Assembly (NCBI GenBank): GCA_045576335.1
Contig: JAZNGH010000008.1
Coordinates: 26,142-90,141 of the forward strand
Direction: 5' to 3'
DNA from: Candidatus Scatosoma sp.
GTDB taxonomy: Bacteria > Bacillota > Clostridia > Christensenellales > Borkfalkiaceae
Length of the DNA stretch: 64,000 nt
The notes under the pieces: generated by a model
What the model was told of the DNA's origin: nothing
The model's input: the letters and a program-made list of their open reading frames with translations, nothing else
Databases searched by the model: none
Translations under genes and position numbers: made by a program
Shown here: piece by piece, positions 46,538 through 55,647 of the stretch
Numbering within the stretch: the stretch's first letter is position 1
Layout of the letters: every line of letters begins with the position of its first letter

Positions 46538-47835
46538 AAATCACCAAAATAAAACGGAATAGTATCGCCGCGGAGCTTGGCTTAGAGGCGGGCGATATCG
46601 TCATGGCGTTTGACGGCTATCCTTGCGAGGACGAGCTGGATTATCTCTATTACGAGGAAGCGGAGCACTTTACTATGACCGTTCGCGATCATAGGAGCGG
46701 CGAAGAAACGCTCGTGGAGGTGGAAAAGGAGGCGGGCGAGGAATTAGGGCTGTTATTTGAAAAGAACGCCAAGATTCGCACCTGCCACAACCGTTGCGTT
46801 TTTTGCTTCGTCGATCAGATGCCCAAGGGTATGCGTGAAAGCCTATACGTAAAAGACGACGACTACGCAATGAGCTTTACTTGTGGGAATTTCGTGACGC
46901 TGACCAACCTTTCCGACGAGGGCTTGGAGCGGATTGTGCGCTTGGGGCTTTCCCCGCTGTATATTTCCGTGCACACGACCAACCCCCAGCTTCGCGAAAA
47001 GCTGTTGCGTAACCGCTTTGCGGGAAAAATCCTCCAACAGATAAAAACGCTTGCCGAAAACGGCATAAAAATGCACTGCCAAGCCGTGATCGTGCCAAAC
47101 GAAAACGACGGTGCGGAATTAGAAAGAACGGCACGGGAGTTGTTTGCATATTATCCTGCCGTGCGCGACCTTGCTTGCGTGCCTACGGGCATCACCAAGT
47201 ACCGCGACGGGCTGACCTATATTCCCGATATCGACAAAGCGTACAGCGCAAAGCTTTTGGATACCGTGGATAAATTGAATGCGGAGTTCGGCGTAAATTT
47301 CTTGCTTCCCGCGGACGAATATTTCGTCAAAGCGGAGCGGCCAATGAAGGACGCGGCGTTTTACGGCGACTTTGAACAAATCGAAAACGGAATCGGCTTG
47401 ACGACCAAGTTTTTATGCGAAGCGTTCGCGGCGTTAGACGTGAAGGAGAATATTTGCTTGAAAAAGCCCAAAAAATCCCTGCTCGTTTGCGGGGTGAGCG
47501 CGGAAAAGACCTTGCGCGCGCTCGTAGAGAGCTGTAACGAGCGGATAAAGGGCTTGCAAGCCGAGCTTTTGCCCGTGAAAAACGACTTTTTCGGGGAAAC
47601 GGTCACTTGCACGGGACTGCTTACGGGCAAAGACATCGTAAACGCGGTGGAAGCGTACCGCGCCGCGGGCGGGACGTTCGACGAGCTGGTGCTTGCGGGC
47701 AATACGCTCAAAGAATTTGAGGATATATTCCTTTGCGGAATGACGCTTGCGGAAATGAAAAAACGCTTGCGCTTGCAGCGTATCCGCGTCAATCGCGACG
47801 GCGGTTACGGTTTGATAGAAATACTCATTAAATAA
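46531..47835 (+). CDS. DUF512 PDZ/radical-SAM-like protein
   Basis: The CHNRCVFCFVDQ motif, in the position upstream of der that is typical for Clostridia. Confidence 0.8.
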   Translation: MLKITKIKRNSIAAELGLEAGDIVMAFDGYPCEDELDYLYYEEAEHFTMTVRDHRSGEETLVEVEKEAGEELGLLFEKNAKIRTCHNRCVFCFVDQMPKGMRESLYVKDDDYAMSFTCGNFVTLTNLSDEGLERIVRLGLSPLYISVHTTNPQLREKLLRNRFAGKILQQIKTLAENGIKMHCQAVIVPNENDGAELERTARELFAYYPAVRDLACVPTGITKYRDGLTYIPDIDKAYSAKLLDTVDKLNAEFGVNFLLPADEYFVKAERPMKDAAFYGDFEQIENGIGLTTKFLCEAFAALDVKENICLKKPKKSLLVCGVSAEKTLRALVESCNERIKGLQAELLPVKNDFFGETVTCTGLLTGKDIVNAVEAYRAAGGTFDELVLAGNTLKEFEDIFLCGMTLAEMKKRLRLQRIRVNRDGGYGLIEILIK

Positions 47836-47850
47836 AAGGAGAGGATAGAG

Positions 47851-49164
47851 ATGGCAAATCCTTTGATTGCGCTCGTTGGCAGACCCAACGTAGGCAAAAG
47901 TACGTTTTTTAATAAGGTGGCGGGTCGGAAAATTTCCATTACGGAAGATAAACCGGGGGTCACGCGGGACAGATTGTACGCGGACGCGACTTGGCGAAGT
48001 AAAAATTTTACGATGGTCGATACGGGCGGTTTGGAGCTGAAATCGGAAGATATCATGTGGAAAGAAATCGCCAAACAGGCGGACGTGGCGATCGACACGG
48101 CGGACGTTATTTTGTTCTTTACGGACGGGCGCGACGGCTTGCACCCCTCCGATTACGACGTCGCGGATATTCTCCGCCGTAGCAAAAAGCCCGTCATTCT
48201 CGTCGTGAATAAAATCGACGAATATTCCCCCGATAAAGTGTTTGAATTTTATTCGTTGGGGCTTGGCGAGCCGTTTGCCGTTTCCGCGGAGCATTCGCAA
48301 GGCGTGGGCGACGTTTTGGACGAGGCGATTACCTATTTCCCCGAGGTCACGATTGAGCCCGTACCCTCCTTGAAAATCGCCGTCGTCGGTAAACCCAACG
48401 CGGGTAAATCCAGTCTTGTAAATCGCTTGCTCGGCAGCGAGAGAAGTATCGTTACGCCTATGGCAGGTACGACGCGAGACGCGATCGACACCCTTTTTTA
48501 CCGCGGCAATAAGGCGTATACGCTCATTGATACGGCGGGTATTAGGAAGAAAAAGAATGTGGACGACGACGTGGAATATTACAGCAATATGCGCGCGTTC
48601 GACGCGGTGAGAAGAAGCGACGTTTGCTTGCTCGTCGTGGACAGCGCGGAGGGGCTTACCGAACAGGACGTAAAAATTATCGGCTACGTGCACGAGCAGG
48701 GCAAGCCCTCCGTAATCGTAATGAATAAATGGGATTTAATCGAAAAGGATACCCACACCGTCAACAAGTTCGAGGAAAAGCTCAAAGAGGACCTCAAATT
48801 TATGGACTATTATAAGTCCTTGTATATTTCGGCAAAGACGGGTCAGCGCGTAGAAAAATTGCTTGCCGCGGCGGAAGAGGTATACGCGCACGCGTCCTTC
48901 CGCGTACCGACGGGCGAATTGAACGATTTGATCGGCGACGCGATCCGCTTGCAAGAACCGCCCTCGTATTTGGGCAGAAGAATGCGCGTGTTCTTCTCCT
49001 CACAAGTGAGCGTGCGCCCTCCCGTGTTCGCGCTGTTCGTCAACGACGAAAGGCTTTTGCACTTCTCGTACGAACGGTATTTGGAAAACACCATTCGCCG
49101 CGCCTACGACTTTTCGGGTACGCCCATTAAGATTACCGTCCGCGAGAAAAAGGACGACGAGTAA
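47851..49164 (+). CDS. der: Ribosome-associated GTPase Der (EngA)
   Basis: Two G domains (GRPNVGKST, GKPNAGKSS) and a KH-like C-terminus. Confidence 0.95.
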   Translation: MANPLIALVGRPNVGKSTFFNKVAGRKISITEDKPGVTRDRLYADATWRSKNFTMVDTGGLELKSEDIMWKEIAKQADVAIDTADVILFFTDGRDGLHPSDYDVADILRRSKKPVILVVNKIDEYSPDKVFEFYSLGLGEPFAVSAEHSQGVGDVLDEAITYFPEVTIEPVPSLKIAVVGKPNAGKSSLVNRLLGSERSIVTPMAGTTRDAIDTLFYRGNKAYTLIDTAGIRKKKNVDDDVEYYSNMRAFDAVRRSDVCLLVVDSAEGLTEQDVKIIGYVHEQGKPSVIVMNKWDLIEKDTHTVNKFEEKLKEDLKFMDYYKSLYISAKTGQRVEKLLAAAEEVYAHASFRVPTGELNDLIGDAIRLQEPPSYLGRRMRVFFSSQVSVRPPVFALFVNDERLLHFSYERYLENTIRRAYDFSGTPIKITVREKKDDE

Positions 49165-49179
49165 AATAAGGAGAAAACA

Positions 49180-49908
49180 ATGCAATCCTTTTCATTTTCA
49201 CAAAACTGGTGGCAATTTTTGCTCGTGGCGATCGTATGCTATTTTTTCGGTTGCTTGAATTTTGCCATTATCATTTCCCGATTGAAAAAGAGCGACATCA
49301 CCAAAATCGGCAGCGGCAATCCGGGTACTATGAATATGAGCCGCGAATTTGGTTGGAAGGTGGGTATTCTGACTTTTTTCGGCGACGCGCTCAAATGCGG
49401 TATTCCGCTTCTCGTGAGCTACTTTTTATATAAAGATTTTCGCTTCGAGGATACGGTAGTTCGCGTTTCCGATTTTATGCGCTATTTTTGTATGCTGTTC
49501 GTCGTGCTGGGGCATATCTTCCCCGTCACCACGCGCTTTAAGGGCGGCAAGGGTATTGCCACCGCGTTCGGGGGCTTTTGGTTTGGGCTTTCTTGCGAAA
49601 ACCCGTGGTGGATATTGCTTGGATTTCTCGTGCTCGTTTGCGTACTCTTATTCATTTTCTTCACCGAATGGGGGTCGCTTGGCAATATTTCGGGCGTGTC
49701 GGTGTTCAGCATTATTCAGCTCGTGATATTCTTCTCGCGCTACGGTACAGGCTATTTCAACGCGTATCTGGTATGCCTGTATGGGTTCATATTCCTTTTG
49801 AACGTGCTCACTTGGGGCGCGCATTACAAAAACTTGGGCAGACTTTTGTCGGGAGAAGAACACAGAACCTCCTTGAAAAAAATCGTTCGAAAAGCAAAGA
49901 AATCGTAA
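49180..49908 (+). CDS. plsY: Glycerol-3-phosphate acyltransferase PlsY
   Basis: GSGNPGTMN and FKGGKGIAT. Confidence 0.9.
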   Translation: MQSFSFSQNWWQFLLVAIVCYFFGCLNFAIIISRLKKSDITKIGSGNPGTMNMSREFGWKVGILTFFGDALKCGIPLLVSYFLYKDFRFEDTVVRVSDFMRYFCMLFVVLGHIFPVTTRFKGGKGIATAFGGFWFGLSCENPWWILLGFLVLVCVLLFIFFTEWGSLGNISGVSVFSIIQLVIFFSRYGTGYFNAYLVCLYGFIFLLNVLTWGAHYKNLGRLLSGEEHRTSLKKIVRKAKKS

Positions 49909-49918
49909 AGAGGTAATT

Positions 49919-51277
49919 ATGAATATTATTATCGTAGGCTGTGGGCGTGTCGGCAGAACACTCGCGGAAAAACTCAATAACGACGGCAACGCCGTTACCG
50001 TAATCGACACCTCTGCCGAAAAGGTGCAAAAAGTGACGAGCCGCTACGACGTTATGGGCGTAGTGGGCAACGGCGCGACGCACACCGCCCAGCAAGAAGC
50101 GGGCGTGGAAAGAGCGGATTTGCTTATCGCCGTGACCAACTCGGACGAATTGAATTTACTCTGCTGTCTGGTTGCGAAAAAAGAGGGACATTGTCAAACG
50201 ATTGCCCGCGTAAAAAATCCCGTGTACAGTCAGGAGCTGGAATATCTGAAAGACGAGCTGGGGCTTGCTATGGTCATCAACCCCGAATACGCGGCGGCGG
50301 AAGAGATTGCGCGAGTGCTTCGCTTTCCCTCCGCGCTTAAAATCGAACCGTTCGCCAAGGGCAAGGTGGAGCTGATTAAATTCAAGCTTCCAAAGGACAG
50401 CGAAATTATCGGTATGTCGGTAAAAGAGGTCGTGATGAAATATCGTTGCGATTTGCTCGTTTGCACGATTGAACGCGGTGATGAGGCGTATATTGCCAAC
50501 GGTGATTTTGTCTTTGCTGAAAAGGACGTCGTGTCCATTATCGCTTCGCCTAAAAACGCGTACGATTTCTTCGTGGCAATCAACTACAAAGGTCATTCCA
50601 TCAAAAACGCGCTCGTCGCGGGCGGCGGCACGATTACGCATTATCTTTGCGGAATGTTTGAAAAATCCAAACGCATTTCCTTGAAGGTGATAGAGAAAGA
50701 TATTAAGGTTTGCGAAAAGCTTTGCTTGGAATGGGAAAAGGTAGACGTTATCCACGGCGACCCGTCCGACCACGACCTTTTGTTGGAGGAGGGTATTGCG
50801 AAAGCGGGCGCGTTCGTTACGCTTACCGAATCGGACGAGGAAAATATTTTGCTTTCGGTCTTTGCTAAGGGCGTGGGCAAGGGCAAGCTCGTGACCAAAA
50901 TCAACCGAATGGACTACGACAACGTCGTTTCACAGCTCGAACTAGATACCACCATTTGTCCCCGCTCGATTACGGCGGACGAGATTTTGCGCTACGTTCG
51001 CGCTATGAAAAACACGATGGGGAGCAATATCGAAACGCTGTACAATATCATTCAGGGTAAAGTCGAAGCTTCGGAATTTATCGTCAAGGAAAATTCCCCG
51101 ATTTTGGGTGTACCCCTTTCCAAGCTCAAATTCAAGAAGGACGTTTTAATCGGGTCTATTACGCGTGGAGATAACGTCATCATTCCCCGCGGTCAGGACG
51201 TAATCGAGGTGGGCGACGCGGTGGTTGTCGTCTGCAAACAGCGCGCACTTCACGATATTGCCGACGTGCTCAAATAA
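49919..51277 (+). CDS. trkA: Trk potassium uptake protein TrkA
   Basis: Tandem RCK/NAD-binding domains (IIIVGCGRVGRTLA; VAGGGTITHYL). Confidence 0.9.
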   Translation: MNIIIVGCGRVGRTLAEKLNNDGNAVTVIDTSAEKVQKVTSRYDVMGVVGNGATHTAQQEAGVERADLLIAVTNSDELNLLCCLVAKKEGHCQTIARVKNPVYSQELEYLKDELGLAMVINPEYAAAEEIARVLRFPSALKIEPFAKGKVELIKFKLPKDSEIIGMSVKEVVMKYRCDLLVCTIERGDEAYIANGDFVFAEKDVVSIIASPKNAYDFFVAINYKGHSIKNALVAGGGTITHYLCGMFEKSKRISLKVIEKDIKVCEKLCLEWEKVDVIHGDPSDHDLLLEEGIAKAGAFVTLTESDEENILLSVFAKGVGKGKLVTKINRMDYDNVVSQLELDTTICPRSITADEILRYVRAMKNTMGSNIETLYNIIQGKVEASEFIVKENSPILGVPLSKLKFKKDVLIGSITRGDNVIIPRGQDVIEVGDAVVVVCKQRALHDIADVLK

Positions 51278-51289
51278 GGCGGTTTTAAG

Positions 51290-52747
51290 ATGAATTACGG
51301 AATTATAAAACGCACACTCGGCTGGATACTTATTTTCGAAGCGATATTCTTCGCTTTGCCTGCAATCGTTGCGCTTGCTTGCGGGGAAGAGGAAATATAC
51401 GATTTTCTGCTTGCTATGCTCGTCAGCGTTGCCGTGGGCGGTGTGCTTCTAATCGGTAAAAATAAAAATCATAATATTTACGCCAAAGAGGGTATCGTAA
51501 TTGTTGCCGCAAGTTGGCTTTTGATGAGCTTGATCGGCGCGCTGCCCTTTGTGTTTTCGGGCACAATTCCCTCGTACGTAGACGCTGTGTTCGAAACGGT
51601 TTCGGGCTTCACCACGACGGGCGCGACCATTTTGAGCGGCGAACAAATCGAGGCTTTGCCGCAATCGCTTTTGATGTGGCGAAGTACTACGCATTGGCTG
51701 GGCGGTATGGGCGTGCTCGTGTTTATTATGGCGTTTTTGCCTCTTTGCGCGGGCGGAAATAATATCAATATACTCCGCGCGGAAAGCCCCGGTCCGTCCG
51801 TGAGCAAACTCGTGCCGAAAATGCGTTCGACGGCGGGCATTTTGTATTTGATTTATACGGCGTTGACGGTTTTAGAGTTTGTTCTGCTCCTTTGCGGGGA
51901 TATGAACGTTTTGGAAGCACTCAACACCGCGTTTTCCACGGCGGGCACAGGCGGTTTTGGCTGTAAGGCGGATAGCCTTGGCGGGTATTCGGACTATACC
52001 CAAATCGTCGTCACCGTGTTTATGGTGCTGTTTTCTATCAATTTCACTTCGTATTTCTTTATTTTGCGGGGAAAAATCAAGGACGCGTTCAATACCGAGG
52101 TGCGCGTATTTTTGGGGATTGTGATTACGGCGATTGCGCTCATTTCGCTCAATCTTTGCCTGACGGAGAGCACGGCGTACGACTTCACGGTAGGGGAAGC
52201 GATTAAGCATTCGGCGTTTTCCGTCGTTTCCGTCATTTCCACGACGGGCTTTGCGACGGTGGATTTCAACCTTTGGCCTACTTTGTCCAAGTCAGTGCTC
52301 GTGATTTTGATGTTCGTGGGCGCGTGTGCAGGGAGCACGGGCGGCGGTATGAAGGTGTCGCGTATGGTCATTTTATTCAAGGGTGCGACGCACGAAATGA
52401 AGCGTATGCTTCACCCCAAGCAAATCAAGAAGATATCTATGGATAAGCGGGTCGTAGATCACGAGGTAGTGCGCGGCGTGAATAGCTATCTTATCGCCTA
52501 CGTTGGGTTGTATCTTTTGTCTATGCTGTTGGTTGCGATTGAAGGACACGATTTGGTTACGACGTTTACCTCCGTCGCGGCTACCATCAATAACGTCGGT
52601 CCGGGGCTGAATTTGGTTGGACCGAGCGGGAATTTTGCATTTTTTACTGATTTTTCGAAAATCGTATTTATCTTTGATATGTTGGCGGGAAGGCTGGAAA
52701 TTTTCCCTATGCTTTTGCTTTTTGCACCGTCTACTTGGAGGAAATAA
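51290..52747 (+). CDS. trkH: Trk potassium uptake protein TrkH
   Basis: Polytopic membrane protein with GFTTTGATI and TTGFAT pore-loop-like repeats. Confidence 0.9.
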   Translation: MNYGIIKRTLGWILIFEAIFFALPAIVALACGEEEIYDFLLAMLVSVAVGGVLLIGKNKNHNIYAKEGIVIVAASWLLMSLIGALPFVFSGTIPSYVDAVFETVSGFTTTGATILSGEQIEALPQSLLMWRSTTHWLGGMGVLVFIMAFLPLCAGGNNINILRAESPGPSVSKLVPKMRSTAGILYLIYTALTVLEFVLLLCGDMNVLEALNTAFSTAGTGGFGCKADSLGGYSDYTQIVVTVFMVLFSINFTSYFFILRGKIKDAFNTEVRVFLGIVITAIALISLNLCLTESTAYDFTVGEAIKHSAFSVVSVISTTGFATVDFNLWPTLSKSVLVILMFVGACAGSTGGGMKVSRMVILFKGATHEMKRMLHPKQIKKISMDKRVVDHEVVRGVNSYLIAYVGLYLLSMLLVAIEGHDLVTTFTSVAATINNVGPGLNLVGPSGNFAFFTDFSKIVFIFDMLAGRLEIFPMLLLFAPSTWRK

Positions 52748-52819
52748 TAGGAAATTGCGTAAAAATCGTTTACTTTTTGTGCGGTTGTGTGTATAATAAT
52801 ATAGCAACCGCAAAAAAAC

Positions 52820-53186
52820 GGGGGTGTCACGGATTCGATTGCCGGTGAGCGAAAGGATAAGCATACCGCGGACGGAGCGACCGCGATAAAACGTTCCAAC
52901 TAAACTTAAATGCAGATAGAAATGCAAACTACGCTCTTGCAGCGTAACTTCGTTTATTAACGAATCGTCACGCCCGATTTATCCGTCGGTCGGGGTCGTG
53001 GCGTCAACAAGGCGGAGCCCTCTTTATAAAATCGGAAGGTGTTTTATAGAGAGTATTCAGCCTTCTGCTTTTTGCAAAGCGTGTTTACCCGCGTTGTAAA
53101 ATTAAGAAATAATAGATAAAATAAGTATGTAGAAAGTTTTTTGGCAGCCGAGTAAGACGTGAGTTCAACTCTCACCACCTCCACCA
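52820..53186 (+). ncRNA. ssrA: tmRNA (SsrA), predicted tag (A)DRNANYALAA
   Basis: 5' GGGGGTGTCACGGATTCGA and 3' GAGTTCAACTCTCACCACCTCCACCA. The internal ORF gca gat aga aat gca aac tac gct ctt gca gcg taa encodes the tag. Confidence 0.92.
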
Positions 53187-53222
53187 ACGCACGAACGCCC
53201 GAAAGGGCGTTTTTTCGTGCGT
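53187..53222 (+). terminator. Intrinsic terminator of ssrA
   Basis: CGCCC-GAAA-GGGCG followed by TTTTTT, with an extended outer stem ACGCACGAA/TTCGTGCGT. Confidence 0.75.
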
Positions 53223-53253
53223 TGGTGGAGGTGGTGAGAATGAAAATGAGAGG

Positions 53254-53862
53254 TCATAAACCTCTCATTTTCATATTTATTTTTTTGAAATCTTCGTCTT
53301 TTTGCCGTTCTGCTTCTAATAAAGAAATATATTCGATTTTTGCCCTTGACGCGTTAGGAAGCAAGATATAATCTATATATTTATTTTGTTTTCTTTCTGC
53401 ATACCGTAGTGTGTTATACGTTCCGCCCGATTGACTTTCATTCCACACAGCGATAATCAATTCCGATTTGTCCACCATATAACGGTTGCGTTGGTGCATA
53501 CACCCACGGTGATAATATGGGGAAAGTATAGTAACGCGGTCGGCTTTTTCTAAAATATAATGATATCGCTCTTTATCCGTTTTGCTCCATTTCAAATCTT
53601 GGTTTGCGCACGGTACGGCAATTTCCAACTGAATATGCGGATATTTTTCGCGAAGATTGATTACGGTTTCGGAAAAATCCATATCCGCGCCGATAGCCCC
53701 GCCGCTGATAAAATATCCAAACCCGTTTTTTGTAATAGCTTGTTCAATCGCATATTCTAAAATTTGCAAATATTCTTTATGCAGTTCGCAAGATTTGTCC
53801 TCGTAATTCCATAAAAAGCCTTTCGGACGGTGACCCGTACAACAACAAATTCTATATTCCAT
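53254..53862 (-). CDS. DUF1273 / YpsA-YoqJ family SLOG-domain protein
   Basis: CCCTGHRP, ISGGAIGADM, and overall YpsA-like spacing. ATG at 53862 follows GAGAGG. The last codons lie inside a 14-bp hairpin (53241-53276). Confidence 0.7.
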   Translation of the reverse strand: MEYRICCCTGHRPKGFLWNYEDKSCELHKEYLQILEYAIEQAITKNGFGYFISGGAIGADMDFSETVINLREKYPHIQLEIAVPCANQDLKWSKTDKERYHYILEKADRVTILSPYYHRGCMHQRNRYMVDKSELIIAVWNESQSGGTYNTLRYAERKQNKYIDYILLPNASRAKIEYISLLEAERQKDEDFKKINMKMRGL

Positions 53863-54011
53863 AAAAAACCTCTCATACAAAAAAGTTTACCACAATCAAC
53901 AAAAAATGTCAATCCGTACGCCATAGCGTACGAGATATTTTTTTGAGTATTTTACAATCTATATAATAAGCGTCCGCTATTTAGGACGGTTTTATATAGG
54001 AGAATAGTGCT

Positions 54012-54245
54012 ATGCGGTTAGTGGAAGCAATAGGAAAGAGGGTAGATTTCTTGTTAAAAGAGCGAAACTTGTCATTGTATAAATTAGAACAAATAGGCGG
54101 TGTTCCTCGTTCTACCGTAAGTGACATAATTTTAGTAAAGAAGAAAAAGGTGACAACCGATACCATTTATCAAATTTGTGCAACCATAGAAATTAGTTTG
54201 AAAGAATTTTTTGACGACCCTATATTCAATGAGGTTAATGATTAA
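54012..54245 (+). CDS. XRE-family HTH protein (77 aa), tandem copy 1
   Basis: LKERNLSLYKLEQIGGVPRSTVSDI HTH segment. AGGAG RBS. Confidence 0.7.
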   Translation: MRLVEAIGKRVDFLLKERNLSLYKLEQIGGVPRSTVSDIILVKKKKVTTDTIYQICATIEISLKEFFDDPIFNEVND

Positions 54246-54249
54246 GTTT

Positions 54250-54483
54250 ATGCGGTTAGTAGAAGCAGTCGGGAAAAGATTGGATAATATATTAAAAGAA
54301 CGAAAAATGAAACAAAATCATTTGGCAACGCTTGGTGGTATACCTCGTTCCACGATTTCCATAATTATTGGCGTTAAGAGAAAAGAGGTAAAATTAGGCA
54401 CGATTTATCAAATTTGCGATACGTTAAAAATTCCCTTAAAAGAATTTTTTGACGACCCGATTTTTAATGAGGTTACCGATTAA
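54250..54483 (+). CDS. XRE-family HTH protein (77 aa), tandem copy 2
   Basis: Paralog of copy 1, with the same N-terminus MRLVEA.GKR and the same C-terminus LKEFFDDPIFNEV.D. Confidence 0.65.
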   Translation: MRLVEAVGKRLDNILKERKMKQNHLATLGGIPRSTISIIIGVKRKEVKLGTIYQICDTLKIPLKEFFDDPIFNEVTD

Positions 54484-54491
54484 CAGATAGT

Positions 54492-54695
54492 ATGAAAGGA
54501 TTAGGCGAAACAATTAAATCTTTGCGCTTAGAAAAGGGATTAACACAACCAGAGCTCGCTAATCTTGTCGGGGTTTCAAACGGTATGATTTCCATTTGGG
54601 AGAATAACATCAATGAACCAAAAGCAAGTTATTTGAAAGCGTTGGCAGTTGCATTAGACGTTAGCGTCAGTGTCCTTTTGGGAGAAGAAGCTTAA
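54492..54695 (+). CDS. XRE-family HTH protein (67 aa)
   Basis: LRLEKGLTQPELANLVGVSNGMISIWENN is a classic Xre/Cro-type HTH. Confidence 0.7.
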   Translation: MKGLGETIKSLRLEKGLTQPELANLVGVSNGMISIWENNINEPKASYLKALAVALDVSVSVLLGEEA

Positions 54696-54705
54696 TTAAA
54701 CGGAT

Positions 54706-54732
54706 AAAACGTTCCTTGACGGAGCGTTTTTT
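54706..54732 (+). terminator. Intrinsic terminator after the HTH trio
   Basis: AAACGTTCC-TTGAC-GGAGCGTTT followed by TTTT. Confidence 0.65.
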
Positions 54733-54746
54733 CATTTCTTTTATGA

Positions 54747-54775
54747 TTGACAACGCCGCAAAAAACGGTTATAAT
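54747..54775 (+). promoter_or_regulatory. Promoter TTGACA-17-TATAAT of the ZIP transporter gene
   Basis: Perfect hexamers. Confidence 0.65.
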
Positions 54776-54801
54776 AGAGAAAAATAGTAAGGAAACATTA
54801 T

Positions 54802-55554
54802 ATGGAAATGGTATTATTGACCGCGCTGGGCGTGGGCGGCGCGACCGTAATCGGAGCGGTAATCGGATTTATTTTCAAAAACATAACGCATAAATTCTCG
54901 GATATCGTCTTATCCTTTGCGGCGGGCGTAATGCTCGCGGCGGCGGTGTTCGGGCTCGTTTTGCCTGCCTTGGATTACGGCGGGGCTTGGGGCTTGCCCG
55001 TGACGGTTGCGGGCATATTCACAGGCGCGGTATGCCTGAATTTCGTGGACAAGCTCGTGCCGCATTTACACCGACTTATGGGCGCGGACACGGAAGCGCA
55101 TAACAACGCGAATTTGAATAAAGTCTTATTATTCGTAATGGCAATTGCCATTCACAACCTGCCCGAGGGCATAGCCGCGGGCGTGGGCTTTGGAACGGGG
55201 AACACAGCGCAAGCGTTGATCATTGCAGGCGGTATCGCGCTCCAAAATATCCCCGAGGGTATGGTCATTATCGGGCCTATGCTTGCCGCGGGCGTGAGCA
55301 AGAAAAAAACGCTCGTATGCGCGCTGATTACGGGTTTCGTCGAAGTCGTGGGTACGCTACTCGGTTATTTTGCCGTGCGTATCGCCTCGGCAATCTTGCC
55401 CTTTGCGTTGGCGTTTGCGGGCGGAACTATGCTGTACGTAATCAGCGACGAAATGATACCCGAAACGCACGCGCACGGCGGGGAGCGCGGCGCGACGTAC
55501 GCGCTTTTGGTCGGTTTTTGCTTGATGCTCGTAATGGACGTTCTTCTTGGATAA
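54802..55554 (+). CDS. zupT: ZIP-family zinc transporter (ZupT-like)
   Basis: HNLPEGIA and QNIPEGM motifs. 250 aa, about 8 TM helices. Confidence 0.85.
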   Translation: MEMVLLTALGVGGATVIGAVIGFIFKNITHKFSDIVLSFAAGVMLAAAVFGLVLPALDYGGAWGLPVTVAGIFTGAVCLNFVDKLVPHLHRLMGADTEAHNNANLNKVLLFVMAIAIHNLPEGIAAGVGFGTGNTAQALIIAGGIALQNIPEGMVIIGPMLAAGVSKKKTLVCALITGFVEVVGTLLGYFAVRIASAILPFALAFAGGTMLYVISDEMIPETHAHGGERGATYALLVGFCLMLVMDVLLG

Positions 55555-55647
55555 GCTTTTTGCAATTATAGTGATAAAACACTTGTAAAAGTCATAAAAA
55601 TATGTTACAATATGTTCAGAACACAAAAACGAGGAGAAAATACGGCT

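Noticed and set aside
53187-54800. An integrase gene or a direct repeat of the ssrA 3' end (attL/attR) delimiting a genomic island. The same check was made for tRNA-Ser at 9000-12500.
   Set aside because: No recombinase-like ORF and no direct copy of the tRNA or tmRNA 3' end was found by eye. Only the inverted copy at 53214-53239 was found, and it is reported separately. The island boundaries therefore remain undefined.
54736-54801. A Zur/Fur-type operator upstream of the ZIP zinc transporter gene.
   Set aside because: The region contains a consensus promoter, but I saw no AT-rich inverted repeat resembling a Zur box (such as TCGTAAT-N-ATTACGA). This cannot be excluded without a position weight matrix scan.
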